A stretch of 62,365 bases of DNA, filler included, from Collodictyon triciliatum (Eukaryota): assembly GCA_043381765.1 (NCBI GenBank). It is 17 parts of 17 records of this genome, joined end to end, with 100 filler letters (N's around TTAATTAATTAA, not from the genome) between each part and the next. Parts side by side here need not be neighbours in the genome. Positions count along the whole stretch, not along the records: positions 55,559 to 58,911 come from JBHJMP010007440.1; positions 59,012 to 62,365 come from JBHJMP010007441.1; 15 more parts are not named here. One strand, written 5' to 3'. Positions 55,559-62,365 of the stretch are shown piece by piece (the first letter of the stretch is position 1; the number at the start of each line of letters is the position of its first letter). The translations under genes and the position numbers were made by a program. The notes below the pieces were generated by a model. The model was not told the origin of the DNA and did not search any database. It worked only from the letters and a program-made list of their open reading frames with translations.

Positions 55559-56469
55559 CCATCAATCTCAAAATTTTCAATATTCGGCATTCCTTGAAAG
55601 TCTGGAATCGTTCCTGTAATTTGATTCACAAAGAGATTCAGATACGTAATACTTGGGAGATTAAAGTCTGGAAGATTTCCGTAAATGAAGTTGAAGCTCA
55701 TGTGCAAGGAATCCAACAATTGGAACTTCTCAAAAATAGCCGAGGCAGCTTCAATGTTACCGTTGAGATTGTTTCCATGCATACTGATTCTGAATATGGG
55801 ACATGTGTTGCTCTATAAATATAAAAGAAAATATGTCAAGATTGAAATCAAAAGAGATTATTATCATACAAGAAATTACCTTATAGTCTTCATCCAAACA
55901 GCTCTGATGACACGATATTCCATACCAATCACATAACGGAATACTTTCATTCTTCCATCCAGTGTTCTGAAACCAATTATCGCCGCCAAGTAAATCGTAA
56001 AGTTGGACAAGCAGTTCGTATTGGGTCCCAGTATTTCCATCGGCCACATTTCGGTTCTCTCTATTCTCCAACCCTCGTTCTCTGTTTCTACTTCGTTTTG
56101 GCGAATGGATTTCTTTGTAGAAATCGGCCTTACTAGATGTTAGTTTTCTTCCGTAATTCCATTCAGCACCATGTCCATTTTCTGGCGAGTATTCTCCATC
56201 TTTGCAGCCATTCATCAACCCTGGAAAGTTATCCTCACTCTCTTTTAACAAAGGACATGTCTCATCGTAGTAGCTCAACAGAATTTGGAACGCATCTTCA
56301 ACGTTCATGGAAAGCAACTCATCTCTTGAATACTGGCATCTGTTTTCCTTATTTGAGTCGAAAGTGTATTTTATAAAACATCATAAATCAACACATACCT
56401 TTGACGTGGATGAATTGAGGATGCCGCTGAAACAATGAAAACGATGGAAACAAAGGCAACCAGAAGCAT
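55559..56469 (-). CDS. Secreted or receptor-like LRR protein with a plant-type LRRNT cap, 3' truncated
   Basis: Signal peptide MLLVAFVSIVFIVSAASS; cap LVQLYDLLGGDNW..TGW..LCDWYGISC; LRRs NNLNGNI, NFIYGNLPD and NQITGTIPD. Confidence 0.88.
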
Positions 56470-59400
56470 CGAATTTCTGGGATATATTTAAAATTAAGAC
56501 TAATTAATCAAATGTATTGATCACAGATTGAATTAGGATACGCACGTTGCAGGAATTTTGGGAGATGTTCTTCTCGATTCGAAGAAATTATTGCGTTGGA
56601 AATTAGTTCTTTTTTCGTCAGGTGAGTGCATTTCTATCCTATTGCAACCAATTTCTCAGTATAAGTTGAATATCATCAGTTCTGCTGATATTTTATTCAC
56701 CAAACATAGGAATATTCAGCAAACATGATTTCAAGAATACTCATAAAATAAAGTAATTCTCAGATCGAAGCTTAATTTTGTGTCTATTTATCGAATATTA
56801 TTGATTTTTCATGTGATATAATGTTGATACGATGAAAATAATGCATTATTTATAAAAATAAATCAACACAAACATATTGCGTAGAAAAAAATGAATGAAT
56901 TTTATAGTGTATAATTATTTTTTTTATTATTTGATTCTATAATTTTTCCATTAACTGTCTTATTTATATTTTAACTTTCCTTCTGATATATCAATCTCAT
57001 ATCCGTAAACCACTTGTCTTTTCGTACACCCATATATCATGATTCAGTATTTATAATTCTCTCCTTTTTCAACTTCATGTGAACCAGATAAATAATTTAT
57101 TATTCATCATCTTTGGATATTCACCGATAACCTAAAACGTTTAATTGTAAATAAAAATGAATTTTGATAGATAAGAATATCATGAGTTTGTGCTTCATAT
57201 GAGTCGATTCACGACTAAAATAATTAAAAGAAAATGGATCTATTTGCATATAATCATTGTGACGGCTAGAACTTTAGTAATTCCTAAAATCATAAATGTC
57301 GGTTCAAAATTATAAGAAAAATGTTCTTGGTTGTTGCATTCATATAAGTTGCTATTCATCATGATAATGAAAAATATTAGGATAAGAAGAACCATTTATT
57401 TGAATCCTCTTAGTGTTAACCATATAATTACTCAGTAATTAATCAAACAATCAGAGGTTAAAGCAGCCATATTATTAGATAAATTATATTGAATCAAATA
57501 TTAAAGAAACCCTGTTTGCTTGACTATATCGAATAATTAGTATATGAGAAAATGATATCACCCTGGAACACGACTTCCGATAAAATTTGTTCTGGATTTA
57601 AAAGTCTAAAATTGAGTATATGAAATCTTGCTTCAGTTAGCTGGATTACTAATTGTTTTAGAACTATGCTTACTCATGAAGTACGCCCATATGTGTATGG
57701 AAATGGCCAAGCGATGAGTCACATCCTAATATTCGGTAAACTTACATTAACAAATGATTGAAACACCAAAATATGTATTGTGAGAGCTGGGTATCATCTC
57801 TAAGAGGTTCAGTGATTAGCAATAAGTTTCACTATATATTTGCATGTATTCATCTGTTTCATCGTGATTATTTCATTCTCTATAAAAAGGCTCTCAATTT
57901 GGATTCAAATCAACCAACTATCTTAAAAATCCAATCGTATGTCAGTTCCCATATTCATATTATTCATTAAATCAAAACCAAAGCACTCATAATTTATATC
58001 GATAAAAATTTGACTTTACTCTTTTGAGTATTAAAAGCGATATGTTTTATGTAAATTTTATATTTCATTGAGCTCTAAACCATGTGATTTTTAAGTTCCT
58101 TTGGAACCCAAGATAAAATCAGTGTTTATAAAAAGCTAAAACTCATTATGATACAAAAATAAAAATAAAAGGTATTGATAGCATTCAATTTACAATTTAC
58201 AATCACAATCATTTCAAGAGATATTTTAGAACTGAAAGTTTAGCTATTCGATTGGTTTAAATTTCTATCTATGCAGACAAACTGAATCCTAATTTTTGAA
58301 TATTTGATAGAAAAAAGATTAATTTAGATTATCAATAAAATTGTATATGCATTAATATTTGTACTCGGCCATATTTTGACCAAATAGGAATAAATAGAAC
58401 AATATCAAGTATTTATTAATACGATAGAATCACCAATATGAGACAATCATAGAAGCCATACTGTATGTATTGAATAAAATAAATAAATCATTATATAAAC
58501 CAACACAAATATACGAAAATATAATTTGTATGCATAAAAATGATTTTTTAATATATTTGAATGATGGTAATTGTAAACCAAAAAAAGGGCGTGAACCATG
58601 TACCATATCCTTGGTTAGTCGGGGGAACGTAATAATACATATAACAAATACCTTTTCATTACCTCTGATTCATTTGGAATTGGAAGGGGGAGGGTGGGTT
58701 TGTTGAATTTGATAAATCGACATCTATATAGGCAAGGGAGAAAATTGAACTAATTTAGATGATATAACAACGATTAACTATTGTATTGGTTTATTTATTG
58801 AGCGATAAACCTACAAATCATTTCACTTGGAGAAACGAACAAGGTCTAGTTAGGTGAGGGGTATGGGCGTGAAGCTGTGGACAAATGATTTCAGGACGGT
58901 CAAGGGGAGGGNNNNNNNNNNNNNNNNNNNNNNNNNNNNNNNNNNNNNNNNNNNNTTAATTAATTAANNNNNNNNNNNNNNNNNNNNNNNNNNNNNNNNN
59001 NNNNNNNNNNNTTTATTTGTTCTTATTCTTATGTATTCATATTTATTTTAATATTATACACTATATCGATTCCTCAAATTTACTATCATAATAAATGAAA
59101 GCATGACTCAATTGCAAATTCATGGAGCTTGTAATTTCTTTTTCTATCTCCTTGATATATTGTTCAAGCAATTGATTTCTACCTTTATGGCAATATGGAA
59201 CTCAAGGAATGTTGCGAGGTTTAGACAGAGTCATTAGCCGTCATCCAGAACTACCGACAGAACCTCGTGTGACCAAGCAATATATGCCCTCATTCTAATG
59301 AAACACAATTACCCTTATTTTTTCACTTATTAAACTCAAATTAAACTGGAAGAGAAAGTTGGTTAATAGGCGCGTTTAGGAATTCAAAAGAACATTCACA

Positions 59401-62365
59401 TTATATTTGTTATGATTGTGACATTATTTATCATAAACATTCATGGAAAGGGCATATAATTTAATGAGATATTTCATACGATGTTAAGAGACTCGACTTA
59501 TAGCTGAGTGAAATTATTTGCATTCCAACTGACAAGAAAAGATTGGCTTTTGCAGACGAACCTGTAAAAAAAGCTCGTTATTCAAAGATACTATTAAAAA
59601 AATACATAGATAAAAGACAAAAAGAATCTTTGATAATCACTTTATACAAAAATATTGATATTTTAATACATCCTTTTTTCCGTTCTTCAAATGTGTTCAA
59701 ATTTTTTTGTGTTACTATTTTACACGCAGGAACTATCGGAGGCAGTTTGTATTCTTTCAAAAACACGGCATGGACCAGGGTGTGAGAATCTGTTGTGAAA
59801 AATATATCAATTTTTCGTTTACATCTTGTATATTAAAGAAAACCTGGAGTCCGAGTTCGCGTGAAGGAAAGCTGCTCCACTGATTTATATACAGGAGAAA
59901 TGTTAGTCAGACACCTCATTGTGAACATGTTTTACACACATATATATTTCTTAACAACTAAGTAATAGGAAACTCATATTCAATTATTTTTTCCACTTTT
60001 ATTTTTTAATAAAAATATGAAGAAAAATTCGATACCTCTCAACACCAACTGCTCTGTCTTACATGCACATTTTTGAGAAAAGCAAATATTATTGTTCAAG
60101 GTTTATTCTTTATTTATTTCTATGCTTCTGAACCACACTTGGCATCCCTAACACACCACTCATTACATCTTGTATAATGCCAGAAAAAAGATTTGGGGCC
60201 GAGTTTTATTCTCAGAAGTGGGTTTCCGTTTAGTTAAATAGAGTTTGCATCCCATGAGACCAAATTATAGCCGAGCAAGTTGTTAAATTTAATGGAATAT
60301 TTTTGGATTAATATATGCGCTCCATAAACCAGAGATTCTATTATTTAAATTATATGAAGATAGCAAAGGTATGAATAAGACTCTGAAATAATAATTATAT
60401 TTGTGCATATTATATCCACTTTGTAGCCTAATTTTTCTTTGGTGATAAAATACTCGAGAATTAAGCATACATTTTGTTAGATTTATTGTTCGACTGTATA
60501 ATGCTGTTTTGGTTCTGAAGACGTATATATACCAAGTTCATGAATTTTCCAATTATATGTGTTCCTTTTCACTAATGTTTTTGTATCTCACACCTTTCAA
60601 TTATTATATTTCAAGTAGCCTTTCATCATATATTGAACATCATAAACCGTTTTTTTTTTTCCATTTATTTTTGAAGCTAGAGTGTTTCAGTTTTTAAAGA
60701 TTGAAAGATTGGTTATTGTGTAATATCAGTCCTTAGATCGAGTATGAATTGTTTAATCAAAAAAAGAAATCTATATTTTTCATACGTTGCAGTATGCGAT
60801 TGCTTTGTATTTATTTTTGTCTGAATCCTCTGAATATGTTTTGAATATATGACTGGAGCTATCTTATTTAATATTAATTATTCTCATTTATTTAATGCAC
60901 TTGGCAAACAAATAGTTTGGCGACACAATTTCGTTTAATACAGACAAATTATCATGTAATGAACTATATTGAGTAACCACTCATCTTTTACATAAAATAT
61001 GCATCATTGATTGAGTTTTTCCTCATATATGTCATTTTTTTTTTAAAGATTCTAATTCATACGTCAGGCTTGATGGATTATTCTCTTCTTTTTTCTAAAA
61101 TCAAAACTCAATCTATTAAATTTTTCTTGGTATTCATCGATGTTAGCAAACATAGACAATGTTGCCTCAATGGTTTCGTTCATATTTACTTGGGAAGATG
61201 AAGTTGAATGAAATCATAGCATGAGACAACCACAGTGAGCTATGACTATATATTTGACCCCGATACTCCACGACTAATGTCCCGGAGGCCTATAAAAAAC
61301 ACTTCAACAATTGAACAGGGTCAAGTGAAGCTGTAACAACTAGCCGATTATGTCGTCATATATTTCTCACAGCTCTAATTGAAGTTTGCTTGCATATTAC
61401 ATCATTTCAATCGCATACTAAAAGACATTATTATTGAAAGAATACACAAAAAATATTGGCAGCATTGAATAGAACCGTCATATGAGATATACCAATTTTC
61501 TTACATTTTCTGCAATTATTATCATCTTGAATGTTCTCATACATGACAGGAAAGAGGCTCGTTATTATTTATGCCTATGATTTCTTGCTATTGCATGTGG
61601 AGGTTGACGGTTTCTTATCTTCAATATGTTATTCGCTAAAAGTTGTAAAATCCAAAAAAAAAAAAATACAATATTGATAAAGTTGCAGGGTCATGTACGC
61701 AAAATACCTTATGAATAAATACTGGAGTTGGTAAATGTAATAAGGAGCGGTTTTTTATACTTTTTTTCTATTATCTCTACTGATTAAAGTACACATTTTA
61801 GTTTACACGATTTAAACCTCAAGTGGAAGTACGAGCACCAATTCCTGTTTTCATGATTATATGGGTGGTTTGTGAAAAATTTGAACATATTGATTTTTCT
61901 AATACGTATTGGTACTTCAGCTTATATTTTCAATATTTTCAATATTTATGATTTGGCATTGTGACTTTTTCACAGATACCGATGGTTGGTAAATATCACT
62001 AACAGTTTTTTAGTAATATTAAGTGTTGTTCTTTCATCCTTCCTATAACGCATTTAACCATTATTCTCATTTTTTTCTTTAGGCTGTATGAAGTGTGCGC
62101 TTAATGAAAAAGGGTTTGCTACTGCATCAATATTCATTACAATAAGTCAATTGTCACAAAATACCTCCGTCCGCCAGATTTATATCTCACAGGATACACA
62201 ATTATTTTACTGATGATTTAGTCCAGCTATCACCCAAATCGGAGCTTGCATCATAATGGAATCACTAAAAAAAAATAGTCTAAACCGGAAAAAAGGGCAT
62301 CTAGTATTTATGCTTCTTTATTTCTTTTGATGGCGCACGGTCCTTCTAGAGAGCATATACACCAT

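Noticed and set aside
3367-59011. Regularly spaced TTAATTAATTAA motif every ~3.45 kb
   Set aside because: It is always embedded in N-runs, so it is an assembly linker. It also invalidates any gene-cluster reading across contigs.
59012-62365. Genes in the last contig
   Set aside because: AT-rich with only short ORFs and no recognisable motif or consistent exon chain.

Overview
This is not one locus. It is about 17 unrelated, size-sorted ~3.35 kb contigs from a fragmented eukaryotic draft assembly, joined by 100-nt N-TTAATTAATTAA-N linkers, so gene neighbourhoods across linkers mean nothing. The organism is an AT-rich, intron-dense, microsatellite-rich protist; an amoebozoan-like identity is inferred from the cyclase-TKL kinase, LRR, kelch and TRIM repertoire. 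Recognisable spliced gene fragments are an AGC kinase, a V-ATPase Ac45/Voa1-like protein, a degenerate cyclase-TKL kinase, a NEK kinase with an IFT57-like tail and a U12 intron, a P4-ATPase, a kelch protein, a membrane pseudo-cyclase, MRG15/Eaf3, two LRR proteins and a RING-B-box-coiled-coil-NHL protein. Two observations stand out. The first is an intron-containing gene resembling Campylobacter L-glutamine kinase Cj1418, the first enzyme of phosphoramidate biosynthesis, which suggests a horizontally acquired P-N bond pathway in a eukaryote. The second is a decayed endogenous Polinton-like virus fragment with a capsid-like N-terminus. Two LINE families have also left tiny insertions flanked by target-site duplications. 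All family assignments come from motifs translated by hand and recognised from memory; no searches were run, and coordinates are approximate.
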